DNA of 64,000 nucleotides, from contig JBBRPE010000003.1 in NCBI GenBank assembly GCA_038228545.1, positions 64,442 to 128,441 on the forward strand, written 5' to 3'. The notes under the pieces were generated by a model, which was given only the letters and a program-made list of their open reading frames with translations, searched no databases and was not told the DNA's origin. Both the position numbers and the translations under genes were made by a program. This stretch comes from Minisyncoccia bacterium (GTDB taxonomy: Bacteria > Patescibacteriota > Minisyncoccia > Phycocordibacterales > Phycocordibacteraceae). The first letter of the stretch is position 1. Each line of letters begins with the position of its first letter. Positions 8,535-18,202 of the stretch are shown piece by piece.

Positions 8535-8993
8535 TTAGCAGTTTGTCGCTACGCCGAGCGCAGCTGCCTTCTGAGTAGATGTACTCGTGCTATCAACGCA
8601 CCAATAGAGGGCGGTATTAGTTTTAAGCTGGGCTGACATAGCCCACGCGGTGGCAGAACTGTTACAGGTAACTGCAGCAGAACCAGAGCTCGCGGCGCCG
8701 TTTTTCATACTGACAATACTCGGCACGTTATTTATAGGAGTCGTTGCTTGGCATACGTCAGTTGCAGCAGATCCTTTGTTGTACGAATTACCATTAGCAT
8801 CATAAAAGAGCTCCGCCTGTGCGAGCGCACTGTGGAGTGAGGCCTTTATGGCGGCGTCAGCACCTTTTTGACGTGCTGTACTGAGCGAGGCTAATACGAC
8901 TGAAGAAAGTATGCCAATAATGGCAATGACAACGAGGAGTTCTATGAGAGTGAAGCCTTTTGGGTGGGAGAGAGTATCGTGGTTCATTATCAA
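8535..8993 (-). CDS. Type IV pilin (prepilin-type N-terminal cleavage/methylation domain)
   Basis: G|FTLIELLVVIAIIGILSSVVLASL, the classic class III signal. C-terminal Cys pair. Confidence 0.85.
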   Translation of the reverse strand: MIMNHDTLSHPKGFTLIELLVVIAIIGILSSVVLASLSTARQKGADAAIKASLHSALAQAELFYDANGNSYNKGSAATDVCQATTPINNVPSIVSMKNGAASSGSAAVTCNSSATAWAMSAQLKTNTALYWCVDSTSTSTQKAAALGVATNC

Positions 8994-9072
8994 GAAACTA
9001 TCAACAATATACGTACTATACAGTCTATTTAACTACAGAGACGTGTTTTGGGGGATAACACTCTAATAAATA

Positions 9073-9093
9073 AAGGCCCCGAAGGGGCCTTTA
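9073..9093 (-). terminator. Intrinsic terminator (ggcccc-gaa-ggggcc) after rpmG
   Basis: Perfect GC hairpin flanked by T-runs on both strands. Confidence 0.6.
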
Positions 9094-9101
9094 CTTGTAG
9101 A

Positions 9102-9257
9102 TTATTTCTTAACCTCCTTGTAGATGACGCGTTCGCGCAGCGTCGGGTCGAACTTCTTGAGTTCGATTTTACGTTCAACCTTCTTCTTATTCTTACGGCT
9201 GAAATAGACGTGATCCGACTTCGTGGAGCGGAGTTTGATGAGGCGGTCTTGTGACAT
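9102..9257 (-). CDS. rpmG: 50S ribosomal protein L33
   Basis: 51-aa ORF absent from the 6-frame track (<60 aa). MSQDRLIKLRSTKSDHVYFSRKNKKKVERKIELKKFDPTLRERVIYKEVKK aligns with E. coli L33 (…[23 protein letters not shown]). Confidence 0.8.
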   Translation of the reverse strand: MSQDRLIKLRSTKSDHVYFSRKNKKKVERKIELKKFDPTLRERVIYKEVKK

Positions 9258-9323
9258 AACCCCACCTTACCAAAAAGGCAACTTTCCCGCAATCTCTGAG
9301 CATTTACCGGGCCGAGCGAGTAC

Positions 9324-11999
9324 CTACACACCAACGGCAACCTTCTTGGCCCGTACAGCAGATTTCTTCTTTACATCGAAATGGGGTTCACCATTCTTGA
9401 GCGTAACCGAAACAGTACCGCCCTCCATCATGCCCTGCGAGACCATATAACTTGCGATAGGCGTGAGAATCTTGTCCTGGATGGCGCGCTTTAAGGGACG
9501 AGCTCCGTATTGTGGGTTGTAGCCCTTGTCAGCGAGCCACGCACGAACTGCCGGATCGATAGTGAGTGTTATGCGCTTACCGCCAAGACGCTCGATGACA
9601 TCCTTGACTTGGTTTTCCACTATGCGTGAGAGGGACTCTTTACCAAGAACGTCGAAGATTACTATTTCATCAAGACGATTCAGGAATTCCGGACGGAAAC
9701 GGTCCTTGAGCGCGACGAGTACCTTTTCTTTTACCTGCTCATACTGCGCAACGTCGTCGGCACCGGAATACCCGAAGCCGATGTTCGCCATACGATCAAT
9801 AAATTCTGCGCCGATGTTCGACGTGAGCACGATGATGGTGTTTTTAAAGTTCACCTTGCGTCCCTTGCCATCAGTAAGGTGTCCGTTATCGAGCACCTGC
9901 AGAAGGATATTAAATACTTCCGGATGTGCTTTCTCTATCTCGTCAAAGAGGATGACAGCGTACGGACGATGACGAATACGCTCAGTGAGTGAACCCGCTT
10001 CTTCGTAGCCCACGTATCCCGGTGGTGCGCCTATGAGTTTACTGACTGAGTGCTTCTCCATGAATTCCGACATATCAACTCGTACGAGTGCTTCCGTGTC
10101 GTTAAACATGAATTCTGCAAGCTTCTTTGAAAGCTCGGTCTTACCCACTCCCGTTGGTCCCATAAAGAGGAACGAGCCGATAGGACGATTTGGGTCTGCA
10201 ATGCCGACACGAGAGCGCTTCACTGCGTCTGAAATTGCCTTAACGGCCACGTCCTGACCAATGACCGCGTCTTTGAGTGTGTCTTCCATGCGCGCGAGCT
10301 TTGCCGCCTCTTCCTCGAGCATTTTGGAGACGGGGATACCCGTCCAGCGCGACACCACACCAGCTATCTCGTGCTCAGTGACTTCTTCATGGAGTACACG
10401 ACGCGACTTCTGAAGTGTTTTAAGGCGCTTCGTCTTGGTATCAAGTTCCTTTTCAAGAACGGGAATGCGACCGTAGCGAATTTCTGCGGTTGTACCAAGG
10501 TCACTCATGGCCTCAGCATTGTCTGCCTGCTGACGCAGCTTCTCGAGCTCTCCTTTTATTTCGCGAATTGCCTGAATGACTTCCTTTTCGTTGCGCCACT
10601 TAAGCTCGAGCTCTCCCGTCTTCTCGCGGAAGTCTGCGATTTCTGCCTCAATAGTCTTAATGCGATCTTTAATTTCCTTACCATGTTCGCTCTCAATGTC
10701 TTTCTGGAGCGCTTGGCGTTCAATCTCAAGGCGACGAATCTTACGGTCAGTCTCTTCGAGAAGCGGTGGCTTGTTTTCAAGCGCAATGCGAAGTCCCGAA
10801 GCAGCTTCGTCTATAAGGTCTATCGCTTTGTCTGGGAGGAAACGGTCGCTGATGTAACGACTGGAAAGGTCCACGGCAGACACAATGGCGCCGTCGGTAA
10901 TACGCACTCCATGAAAGAGCTCGTACTTATCACGCAATCCGCGCAGGATTGCGACTGCATCTTCTACCGTTGGCTCATTAACAAATACAGGCTGGAAGCG
11001 ACGAGTGAGCGCAGTATCTTTTTCTATGTGCTGCTGATATTCCTTCAGTGTTGTTGCGCCGATAAGCCGAAATTCACCGCGCGCGAGCGCGGGCTTCAAC
11101 ATATTGCTCGCGTCCATAGCGCCTTCTGCAGCTCCGGCACCGACGAGCGTGTGCAGCTCGTCGACGAACAGAATGACCTGCCCCTGTGCCTTCTCCACTT
11201 CCTTCATAACGCTCTTCATGCGCTCCTCAAATTCTCCGCGATACTTCGTGCCAGCAATCATAAGACCGAGATCGAGTGAAAGAAGTTCTTTGCCCTTGAG
11301 GGATTCCGGCACATCGCCCGTGGCCATGCGGGATGCCAAACCTTCTGCGATAGCAGTCTTACCTACGCCCGCCTCACCGATAAGTACAGGATTATTTTTT
11401 GTACGACGCGAAAGAATTTGTATGACGCGACTTATTTCCTGGTCACGTCCTATGACGGGGTCGAGCGCGTTATCCGCAGCCATCTTCGTGAGATTACGTG
11501 TGTACTTTGCGAGTGCACGGAATCGTTTAGCTTCCCCTACCTGGCCATCCTTCGTGGACTTCAGCTCCTTAAGGACTGCAAGCACCGTCTCGTCGTCAAT
11601 CTTGAATCGATTGATGATGTCGCTCGCTGGTCCCGGGTTTTCAAGCACTGCTACAAAAAGGTGCTCAGTTCCGATGAATGAATCATTCATGCGCGCCGCG
11701 ACTTTGCCGGCAGATTCCAGTGCCTGTGCAAGGTCCGGCGTGAGGTAGAGCTGGTAGGACGGAGAAAGTGTTGCATTGGTTTCCGGAGCTTCAAGCGTTT
11801 CCAGGACGGTATCTGCAAGAAGCATGGTGTCTATGTCCATGCGGTCGAGTACGGAAAAAACCATGCTCTCTTCTTGATGAATGAGAGCGGCAAGGAGATG
11901 CAGCGGGCTTACGTGATTCTGACCCCGTTCAATAGCGAGCTCATGCGCCTTCCGTATGGCTTCTTTAGCTTTCGTGGTGAAGTTCTTGAATGGTGGCAT
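9324..11999 (-). CDS. clpB: ATP-dependent chaperone ClpB
   Basis: Two AAA+ modules ([16 protein letters not shown]) and a long coiled-coil middle domain. 891 aa. Confidence 0.9.
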   Translation of the reverse strand: MPPFKNFTTKAKEAIRKAHELAIERGQNHVSPLHLLAALIHQEESMVFSVLDRMDIDTMLLADTVLETLEAPETNATLSPSYQLYLTPDLAQALESAGKVAARMNDSFIGTEHLFVAVLENPGPASDIINRFKIDDETVLAVLKELKSTKDGQVGEAKRFRALAKYTRNLTKMAADNALDPVIGRDQEISRVIQILSRRTKNNPVLIGEAGVGKTAIAEGLASRMATGDVPESLKGKELLSLDLGLMIAGTKYRGEFEERMKSVMKEVEKAQGQVILFVDELHTLVGAGAAEGAMDASNMLKPALARGEFRLIGATTLKEYQQHIEKDTALTRRFQPVFVNEPTVEDAVAILRGLRDKYELFHGVRITDGAIVSAVDLSSRYISDRFLPDKAIDLIDEAASGLRIALENKPPLLEETDRKIRRLEIERQALQKDIESEHGKEIKDRIKTIEAEIADFREKTGELELKWRNEKEVIQAIREIKGELEKLRQQADNAEAMSDLGTTAEIRYGRIPVLEKELDTKTKRLKTLQKSRRVLHEEVTEHEIAGVVSRWTGIPVSKMLEEEAAKLARMEDTLKDAVIGQDVAVKAISDAVKRSRVGIADPNRPIGSFLFMGPTGVGKTELSKKLAEFMFNDTEALVRVDMSEFMEKHSVSKLIGAPPGYVGYEEAGSLTERIRHRPYAVILFDEIEKAHPEVFNILLQVLDNGHLTDGKGRKVNFKNTIIVLTSNIGAEFIDRMANIGFGYSGADDVAQYEQVKEKVLVALKDRFRPEFLNRLDEIVIFDVLGKESLSRIVENQVKDVIERLGGKRITLTIDPAVRAWLADKGYNPQYGARPLKRAIQDKILTPIASYMVSQGMMEGGTVSVTLKNGEPHFDVKKKSAVRAKKVAVGV

Positions 12000-12009
12000 A
12001 TATCTACTA

Positions 12010-12765
12010 TTACGGCGCAGAAGGCGAAGATGTTGCAGAAAGGAGGGTGTTTATCTTTTCTGTAGGTGCAAATATACCCGTCGAATCGAGCGCAATTCCA
12101 ATAATATTTCCTGAGCTATTCACCGCTGCCGAGCCTATCTGCACGCCCGTGAGGCTTGTATGAATGGTGTCATCGACCTTTGACACGATACCGGTGATGG
12201 CGGACCCGCCGCTACCTATAGCAAGAACCGTCTGTCCCTGCTTGAGGTCACTCTTGAGGACGAGTAGTGGGACCGGAACTTTCGGAAGCTTCGCGATATC
12301 TGAGAATCCATAGATGCTTATGGTGGCTCCTGCACGCGAGAGCGAAGCGGGAACGGCAGTACCATCGGGGAATACTATGAGCGCTTCTTTAGGCAAATCG
12401 GTGCCAGTCGCTGTGGCGACCGCACGAGCCTTTGGGAGATAGGTGCCGATGGCGACAGGTGGTGTTGACGTTGACTTCGAATAGATTGAGACCGTTCGGG
12501 CGACGTTCGCGGCAATAGCTGCTGTTTGAAGGTCTTCGTCATGTATGACGACGGTCGATGGCTGAGACGGAATTATCTGAATCGGTGTCGAAGATGAGAT
12601 GGTTTCCACTGTATGATCGACGATGCGATTCACCGTCTGAGTAATGGTTGGAGGTGCCTGATCAAGCAAGGAAACGGTAAGAACGCCGACCGCAATGGAC
12701 GTAACGAAGTTCACGAGCACCGTGAGGAGCAAGAGCTGTGATTTGCTGAGGTCTTCCAGGTTCAT
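12010..12765 (-). CDS. Trypsin-like (S1C/HtrA-like) domain protein. Catalytic triad not evident.
   Basis: Start set at MNLEDLSK to avoid overlap with the cysteine desulfurase. N-terminal TM. VLAIGSGGSAITGIVS and IGSAAVNSSGNIIGIA resemble HtrA segments, but GNSGG is replaced and no TNNHV motif is present. Confidence 0.35.
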   Translation of the reverse strand: MNLEDLSKSQLLLLTVLVNFVTSIAVGVLTVSLLDQAPPTITQTVNRIVDHTVETISSSTPIQIIPSQPSTVVIHDEDLQTAAIAANVARTVSIYSKSTSTPPVAIGTYLPKARAVATATGTDLPKEALIVFPDGTAVPASLSRAGATISIYGFSDIAKLPKVPVPLLVLKSDLKQGQTVLAIGSGGSAITGIVSKVDDTIHTSLTGVQIGSAAVNSSGNIIGIALDSTGIFAPTEKINTLLSATSSPSAP

Positions 12766-12769
12766 ACCA

Positions 12770-13906
12770 TTAGTATATAGCTTTCTCGTCGAGGAATCGA
12801 ACTGTACGCAGTAGTGCAGGAACCAGTGCGTCGAGGTCTTGTGCCTTCGTTGTTGGTCCCCAGGAAATACGAAGTGTGGAGTCGGCACGTGTAGTATCTG
12901 CAGTCAGTGCGAAGACGGCACGCGAACCGTGCTCATCTGTTTCGCATGCGCTCTTCGTCGACACCGCAAACCCTTCAACGTCCAGTAGCGCGACGACGTA
13001 ATCGGTGTCACGACCGAGTAGTGAGATATTCAAAATATGCGGCGCATTCGCTACACCCTGATTTATTTCCATACGTTCTATCTTCGAAAGAGCGATGCAA
13101 AGATTTGCTCGCATGCGCTCTGACCGTTCGCAAAATTCTTTCCTTTTTTCCTCTGCCTCTTCGAGAGCTGCAGTGAACGCGCGTGCCAATGCGGTGTTCT
13201 CCGTGCCTGCGCGCCTCCCGCCTTCTTGGCCACCACCGCCATAGAGCGGCGACAGAGTAATACCCTGTCGTAGCAACAGAACGCCGATACCCCGCACACC
13301 GCCAACTTTCTGGCTATCAAGCGTCACGAGGTCAGCACCGAGATGAGCCAGTGTGAATGACCGCACGAGGGGTGCTTGGCTTGCGTCCACATGTAAGAGA
13401 ATCCCCGGACGATACGCGTCGAGCGTGCGACGTACGGCAAGGGTGTCGTACAACGTACCTGTCTCACCGCACACAGCGTCGAGCGTAACGAGCACGGTTG
13501 ATGGCGTGAGCTGGCGCGTCAGAGTATCGAGCTGTATCTCTTCAACGGTTGCACCTTCTACGCGAAGTGTCTGTACCGCACTCTGAACCGATGCGTGCTG
13601 GCTAGGGTGATGCAGCACGTGCGCTTTCTGGGCTCCTTTCGCTCGTACAGACCCGAGGAGTGCGAGTGCGTTCGCTTCCGTTGCACCAGAGGTGAATATC
13701 ACGCCGTCTGTCTTCACTTCAGCAATGCGCGCTATGCGTGTGCGAGCGTCTTCGAGCAATGTCTTAGCTTCCCTGCCTTCTGCGTACGGTGCGCTGGGAT
13801 TACCAAAAAAGGGAAGTGTGGCGTCGAATGCTCTTCGTGCACGTGCAGACACTGGAGCACTTGCTGCCCAGTCCAAATACACCCGCTCCTTTTTCGTGCC
13901 CCACAT
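12770..13906 (-). CDS. Cysteine desulfurase (class V aminotransferase; IscS/NifS/SufS-like)
   Basis: Full-length PLP-fold similarity; pattern FTSGATEAN…HKVGGV…. Confidence 0.75.
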   Translation of the reverse strand: MWGTKKERVYLDWAASAPVSARARRAFDATLPFFGNPSAPYAEGREAKTLLEDARTRIARIAEVKTDGVIFTSGATEANALALLGSVRAKGAQKAHVLHHPSQHASVQSAVQTLRVEGATVEEIQLDTLTRQLTPSTVLVTLDAVCGETGTLYDTLAVRRTLDAYRPGILLHVDASQAPLVRSFTLAHLGADLVTLDSQKVGGVRGIGVLLLRQGITLSPLYGGGGQEGGRRAGTENTALARAFTAALEEAEEKRKEFCERSERMRANLCIALSKIERMEINQGVANAPHILNISLLGRDTDYVVALLDVEGFAVSTKSACETDEHGSRAVFALTADTTRADSTLRISWGPTTKAQDLDALVPALLRTVRFLDEKAIY

Positions 13907-13930
13907 ACATGCTTTGTAGCATTTTAGCCT

Positions 13931-13959
13931 TTGAAAATCGAGTTATTTTGTGGTATAGT
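13931..13959 (+). promoter_or_regulatory. Sigma70-like promoter for infB
   Basis: TTGAAA, 17-nt spacer, then TGgTATAGT (extended -10). Sits 10 nt upstream of the infB ATG region. Confidence 0.5.
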
Positions 13960-13968
13960 CCTGCCATT

Positions 13969-15450
13969 ATGGCGAGCAGCACCCGACCACCTATCGTGGC
14001 CGTTATGGGTCACATCGATCATGGAAAGTCTTCCCTGCTCGATTACATCCGTAAGGCCAATGTCACTGCCGGCGAGGCGGGAGGCATTACGCAACACGTC
14101 TCAGCCTATGAGGCGGTACATGAGCACGAAGGTGCCGAGCGCCGCATCACCTTCCTCGATACACCGGGTCACGAAGCGTTCCGTGCGCTTCGCGCACGCG
14201 GTGCTGCTGTTGCGGATGTCGCTATTCTCGTCATCGCTGCTGAAGAAGGCGTAAAGCCACAGACGCTTGAGGCGTATACGGCAGCGACTGAAGCGGGCAC
14301 TCCTATCGTCGTTGCATTCACGAAGATTGATAAGTCGGGAGCAGACATTGAACGCGCTAAGGTCTCCGCACTCGAGCACAGCATCTACCTTGAAGGGCTT
14401 GGAGGCTCTATCGCCTACACCGGCGTGTCGTCAAAATCTGGCGAAGGTGTTCCAGAACTTCTTGACCTCGTCCTACTCACGGCGGACCTTGCTGAACTTA
14501 CGGGCGACCCTGACGTTTCGGCTGAAGGCTTCGTACTCGAATCATCGCAGGACCCGAAGCAGGGTATGACGGCGACACTTATCATGAAGAATGGAACGCT
14601 AAAGACCGGCGACTTCGTCGTTGCAGGTAGCGCACTTGCTCCGGTTCGTTTTATAGAAAACTTCGCCGGCCTTCGCATTCCGACAGCTGGACCATCTCAG
14701 CCAGTACGTATCGCCGGATGGAATGCACTTCCCGCTGCAGGCACCCCATTCCGTGTTGCGTCTTCAAAGAAGGAGGCAGAGAAACTAGCCAGCGAAGCTG
14801 AAGCTCCACTTCTTAAGGTCCGTGTTCCAACGGTAAACGAAGAAGGAAAGGCGGAACTCCCTCTTATCATCAAGGCTGATGTATCAGGCTCCATCGAGGC
14901 AATTAGCCATGAACTCGCGAAGATTGCGCACGACCGCGTTACTATCCGTATAGTATCGGAAGGCATCGGCGCCGTCTCTGAGGCTGATGTAAAGACAGCC
15001 GTTGCTGGTGGCGGGAACATCATCGCGTTTAATGTCGGTACTGATACGAACGCGCGCGACATTGCAGAGCGCACCGGTATCACCATCGATACCTTTTCTA
15101 TAATTTATGACCTCAAGGAGCGTGTCGAAGCGCTCGTCACGGCGCGCGCTCCGCGTATCACTGTTGAGGAAATCCTCGGTGAACTCAAAGTACTCAAGTC
15201 CTTCAGTGTAGCTTCCGGTAAGGCTGTCCTCGGTGCTAAGTGGGTATCCGGTTCCCTTACCGTGGGTGATGTAGTTAAGATTGACCGTCGCGGTATAGAC
15301 CTCGGACGTGGCAAGCTCGTAAACCTTCAAATCATGCGAAGTGACGTAAAAGAAATTCATATTGAGGGGGAATTCGGACTCCAGGTGGAAACAAAGGTGG
15401 AAATTGCCGGAGGAGATACTATTGTGTGTTTCCGGATGGTTGAAAAATAG
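13969..15450 (+). CDS. infB: Translation initiation factor IF-2 (short form lacking N-terminal domains)
   Basis: Start set at MASSTRPPIVAVMGHIDHGKSSLLD. G-domain motifs present. The upstream ORF extension is antisense to the desulfurase gene. Confidence 0.85.
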   Translation: MASSTRPPIVAVMGHIDHGKSSLLDYIRKANVTAGEAGGITQHVSAYEAVHEHEGAERRITFLDTPGHEAFRALRARGAAVADVAILVIAAEEGVKPQTLEAYTAATEAGTPIVVAFTKIDKSGADIERAKVSALEHSIYLEGLGGSIAYTGVSSKSGEGVPELLDLVLLTADLAELTGDPDVSAEGFVLESSQDPKQGMTATLIMKNGTLKTGDFVVAGSALAPVRFIENFAGLRIPTAGPSQPVRIAGWNALPAAGTPFRVASSKKEAEKLASEAEAPLLKVRVPTVNEEGKAELPLIIKADVSGSIEAISHELAKIAHDRVTIRIVSEGIGAVSEADVKTAVAGGGNIIAFNVGTDTNARDIAERTGITIDTFSIIYDLKERVEALVTARAPRITVEEILGELKVLKSFSVASGKAVLGAKWVSGSLTVGDVVKIDRRGIDLGRGKLVNLQIMRSDVKEIHIEGEFGLQVETKVEIAGGDTIVCFRMVEK

Positions 15451-15454
15451 ACGT

Positions 15455-15778
15455 ATGACGATGCGCGACGAAAAAGCAGCCGCCCAGCTTATGGTGCTTG
15501 CCGGTGAATTTATAGCTCGCGAAGCGGGTCGCTCGACGCTCATCACACCAACGCGTGTCGGCTTTGGACGCAATCCGAAGTTTGCGACGGTATTTGTAAG
15601 CGTATTCCCCTTTGAGGAAACCAATCATGCACTCGCCTTCCTCGGACGCAACGTAAACGAATTCCGTGAATACTTAAAGAAGCACGGTAGGTTTAATATG
15701 CTTCCCTTCATAACCTTCGAGGCAGACTATGGTGAGCAGAATCGCCAACGCCTCGACGAGATTTCAAAAGACGTTTAG
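15455..15778 (+). CDS. rbfA: Ribosome-binding factor A
   Basis: Classic position after infB. Size (107 aa) and pattern fit RbfA: ATVFVSVFPFEE…. Confidence 0.7.
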   Translation: MTMRDEKAAAQLMVLAGEFIAREAGRSTLITPTRVGFGRNPKFATVFVSVFPFEETNHALAFLGRNVNEFREYLKKHGRFNMLPFITFEADYGEQNRQRLDEISKDV

Positions 15779-15781
15779 ATG

Positions 15782-15853
15782 AGGCCTGGGCGGGAATCGC
15801 ACCCGCGCATGGAGGATTTGCAGTCCCCAGCGTTACTACTTCGCCACCAGGCC
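15782..15853 (-). tRNA. tRNA-Cys (GCA)
   Basis: Anticodon loop cuGCAaa. U73 discriminator, typical of tRNA-Cys. T-arm gcgggtgcgattcccgc. Confidence 0.75.
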
Positions 15854-15902
15854 GTTAGTTGAATATAACGCGCGGAACATAAATCTGCATCTCCACTTCT
15901 TG

Positions 15903-15925
15903 TACCGGGGGTGGGAGTCGGCTCC
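15903..15925 (-). pseudogene. Duplicate of the tRNA-Leu(TAA) 3' end
   Basis: 18-nt identity (taccgggggtgggagtcg) with 16076-16093. Lies 173 bp downstream of the gene on its strand. Confidence 0.5.
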
Positions 15926-16075
15926 CGTCACTAATTCGCTTCGCTCAGAAGTGCGCCAACCGGAGCTCGTCACATTCTCCTGCCCCGCAGACGTGACTAC
16001 GCTGTTCGACTCCCACACGGACTGTGCGAAGGCACTATCCTCCCCGGTACAGCTTTATGGCTTCGCCTAAATCAG

Positions 16076-16158
16076 TACCGGGGGTGGGAGTCGAACCCAC
16101 ACGGCATTTCTGCCAGGGGATTTTAAGTCCCCGCTGTCTACCATTCCATCACCCCGGC
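16076..16158 (-). tRNA. tRNA-Leu (TAA)
   Basis: Long variable arm. Anticodon loop cuUAAaa. T-arm gggttcgactccc. Confidence 0.75.
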
Positions 16159-16184
16159 CTCTGTGGAAGATACCACATGACCAT

Positions 16185-17360
16185 GTGCTACCGTATATAT
16201 TCATGTCACTCCGTACTACCCTACGCAAAATTCGTCGCGCAATAACGCGCTACACCCCCTTGGTAGAGGTGAGTATTTCGCGAGAGAATCTACTCCACAA
16301 TCTACATACCTATCAAAGCGCTTACTCGAAAGCGGCGTTTGCTCCCGTACTTAAGAGCAATGCCTATGGGCACGACATTGGCACTGTAGCTCGTATTCTT
16401 GACCGTGAGAAGATTGCGTTCTTCATGGTGGATTCCTATTACGAAGCTCGGCGTCTTCGTCAGGCAGGCATTCGTTCACGCATTCTGGTTATGGGCTACG
16501 TACGCCCAGAGGACATAGCTCGGAGCCGTCTCCGCAACGTAGACTTCGGTATCACGGATATTGAACAGCTTCGTACACTCACAGAACTCGTAAAGCATCC
16601 AACACGTATCCACTTGAAGCTTGATACCGGCATGCACCGCCAAGGTATTCCATTTGACCTCATTGCAGAAGCTGAGGATCTTATCAAAGGAGAAGAGCAA
16701 TTAGAGCTCGTCGGTATTTGCTCGCATTTTGCGGATGCGGATAATACTAACGAAACGTTTACCGAACGACAGATTGCAGTATGGAGAGCAGCTGCCGAGG
16801 AGTTTACGCTTGCCTTTCCTACTATCGAATATCGCCATATCGCAGCCACCAAGGGCGTACGTTTCGGGAAAGACACAGAAACAAACGTTGCTCGTCTCGG
16901 CATTGGCCTCTATGGCTTTGACACGTCGCCATCCTCAGAAACTCCTCTTCGGCCAGTGCTTGAAATGCGTTCGCTTATTAGTTCGGTGCGCGACATTCAG
17001 AAAGGGGAATCGGTCGGCTATAACGCAACGTTCACCGCGGACTATCCCATGAAGATAGCTACGGTACCAGTTGGATACTACGAAGGAATAGACCGCCGAC
17101 TTTCAAACAGAGGCTCCATGCTGGTAAAAGGAATAGTCTGTCCAATCATTGGACGTGTTTCGATGAACATGACGTCCATTGATGTTTCGAATGTTCCGAG
17201 CGTAACTGCGGGCGACTCGGTCGTTGCAATAAGTCGAAATCCGGCCGATGATAATTCAGTGAGCGCAATGGTGAAAGCGGTAAGTTGTGAGGACTACCGT
17301 GAGACCGAATACGTACTCCTCGTACACCTTGCCCCGCACCTCGAACGAATTGTGGAATAA
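16185..17360 (+). CDS. alr: Alanine racemase
   Basis: PLP-lysine motif PVLKSNAYGHD. Full-length similarity. Confidence 0.85.
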   Translation: MLPYIFMSLRTTLRKIRRAITRYTPLVEVSISRENLLHNLHTYQSAYSKAAFAPVLKSNAYGHDIGTVARILDREKIAFFMVDSYYEARRLRQAGIRSRILVMGYVRPEDIARSRLRNVDFGITDIEQLRTLTELVKHPTRIHLKLDTGMHRQGIPFDLIAEAEDLIKGEEQLELVGICSHFADADNTNETFTERQIAVWRAAAEEFTLAFPTIEYRHIAATKGVRFGKDTETNVARLGIGLYGFDTSPSSETPLRPVLEMRSLISSVRDIQKGESVGYNATFTADYPMKIATVPVGYYEGIDRRLSNRGSMLVKGIVCPIIGRVSMNMTSIDVSNVPSVTAGDSVVAISRNPADDNSVSAMVKAVSCEDYRETEYVLLVHLAPHLERIVE

Positions 17361-17505
17361 GGTTGAATATCGGAGCACTTCCGTATAGTATTTACCAATC
17401 GTCCGAAAGGACGTGTATTTACGCCCATACGTAGGCTTGTGGCCTGCTCACTCGGCGCACAAGAAATATCTCACCAAGAATGATATATTTCTTGTGACCT
17501 CGTTC

Positions 17506-17578
17506 GCGCCCATAGCTCAGCTGGTAGAGCAGATCCCTCTTAAGGATAAGGTCCCTGGTTCGAGCCCAGGTGGGCGCA
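17506..17578 (+). tRNA. tRNA-Lys (CTT)
   Basis: gcgccca…ctCTTaa…ggttcgagcc…tgggcgca. Followed by a terminator hairpin at 17591-17620. Confidence 0.75.
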
Positions 17579-17854
17579 CATGAAAGAAAACACTGCGTCT
17601 GCACGCAGTTTTTCTTTACATGTGCGAGGCGGAGTCATGTTTTCATTCCCCTGAAAACGGACGAGCCCGGGTCGGGGTTGCGAGCTAATTTGTAAATCCT
17701 GGAACAAATGAGCCGCAAACCGTGACCACAAGTGCGCCCACGCAGACGTGGGGTCGCGGAATCACGTCCCATGCAAGGCAACAAATCACCTAATCTGCTA
17801 CGATACACACATGCCCCTGGGGCGGAATCGGTAGACGCGAATTGGAAGTAAAGT

Positions 17855-17935
17855 GCGGGGATGGCGAAATGGTAGACGCGCCTGCCTTAGGAGCAGGTCC
17901 CTTCGGGGGTGGAGGTTCAAGTCCTCTTCCCCGCA
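17855..17935 (+). tRNA. tRNA-Leu (TAG)
   Basis: Long variable arm (ggtcccttcgggggt). Anticodon loop ctTAGga. T-arm ggttcaagtcc. Confidence 0.75.
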
Positions 17936-17995
17936 CTTTGTTTCGAATAGCCTGCCGCGGGACGTAGATGAAGTGGGGCTTCATCTACGCGCACT

Positions 17996-18046
17996 GGTCC
18001 CTTCGGGGGTGGAGGTTCAAGTCCTCTTCCCCGCACTTTGTTTCCA
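17996..18046 (+). pseudogene. Duplicate of the 3' 44 nt of tRNA-Leu(TAG) plus 9 nt of flank
   Basis: Identical ggtcccttcgggggtggaggttcaagtcctcttccccgcactttgttt. Preceded by a perfect 10-bp hairpin (gtagatgaag-tgggg-cttcatctac). Confidence 0.55.
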
Positions 18047-18125
18047 ATAGCTAATAAGCACAAAAGAAAGACGCCGTACGGCGTCTTGTGCGTTCCGGGG
18101 CAAACAGTCAGTATCTAGCGGATAC

Positions 18126-18154
18126 TTGACTTTAGTTATAAAATGGTGTATTAT
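18126..18154 (+). promoter_or_regulatory. Sigma70-like promoter for the SPFH gene
   Basis: TTGACT, 17 nt, tgTATTAT(AAT). Follows a terminator (aagacgccgtacggcgtctt). Confidence 0.45.
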
Positions 18155-18202
18155 AATACATAACCCCTAACTACTGGGCAAACAGCAAACAGGAGAGTTG
18201 GG

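Noticed and set aside
10371-11748. Long plus-strand ORFs (302 aa, 214 aa, 93 aa) inside clpB
   Set aside because: Antisense to a confidently identified, full-length ClpB. Ser/Arg-rich low-complexity translations.
17620-17800. Partial match to the tRNA-flank repeat (…gtggggtcgcggaatcacg…) between tRNA-Lys and tRNA-Leu(TAG)
   Set aside because: Only about 15 nt similarity. Cannot distinguish a decayed copy from chance.
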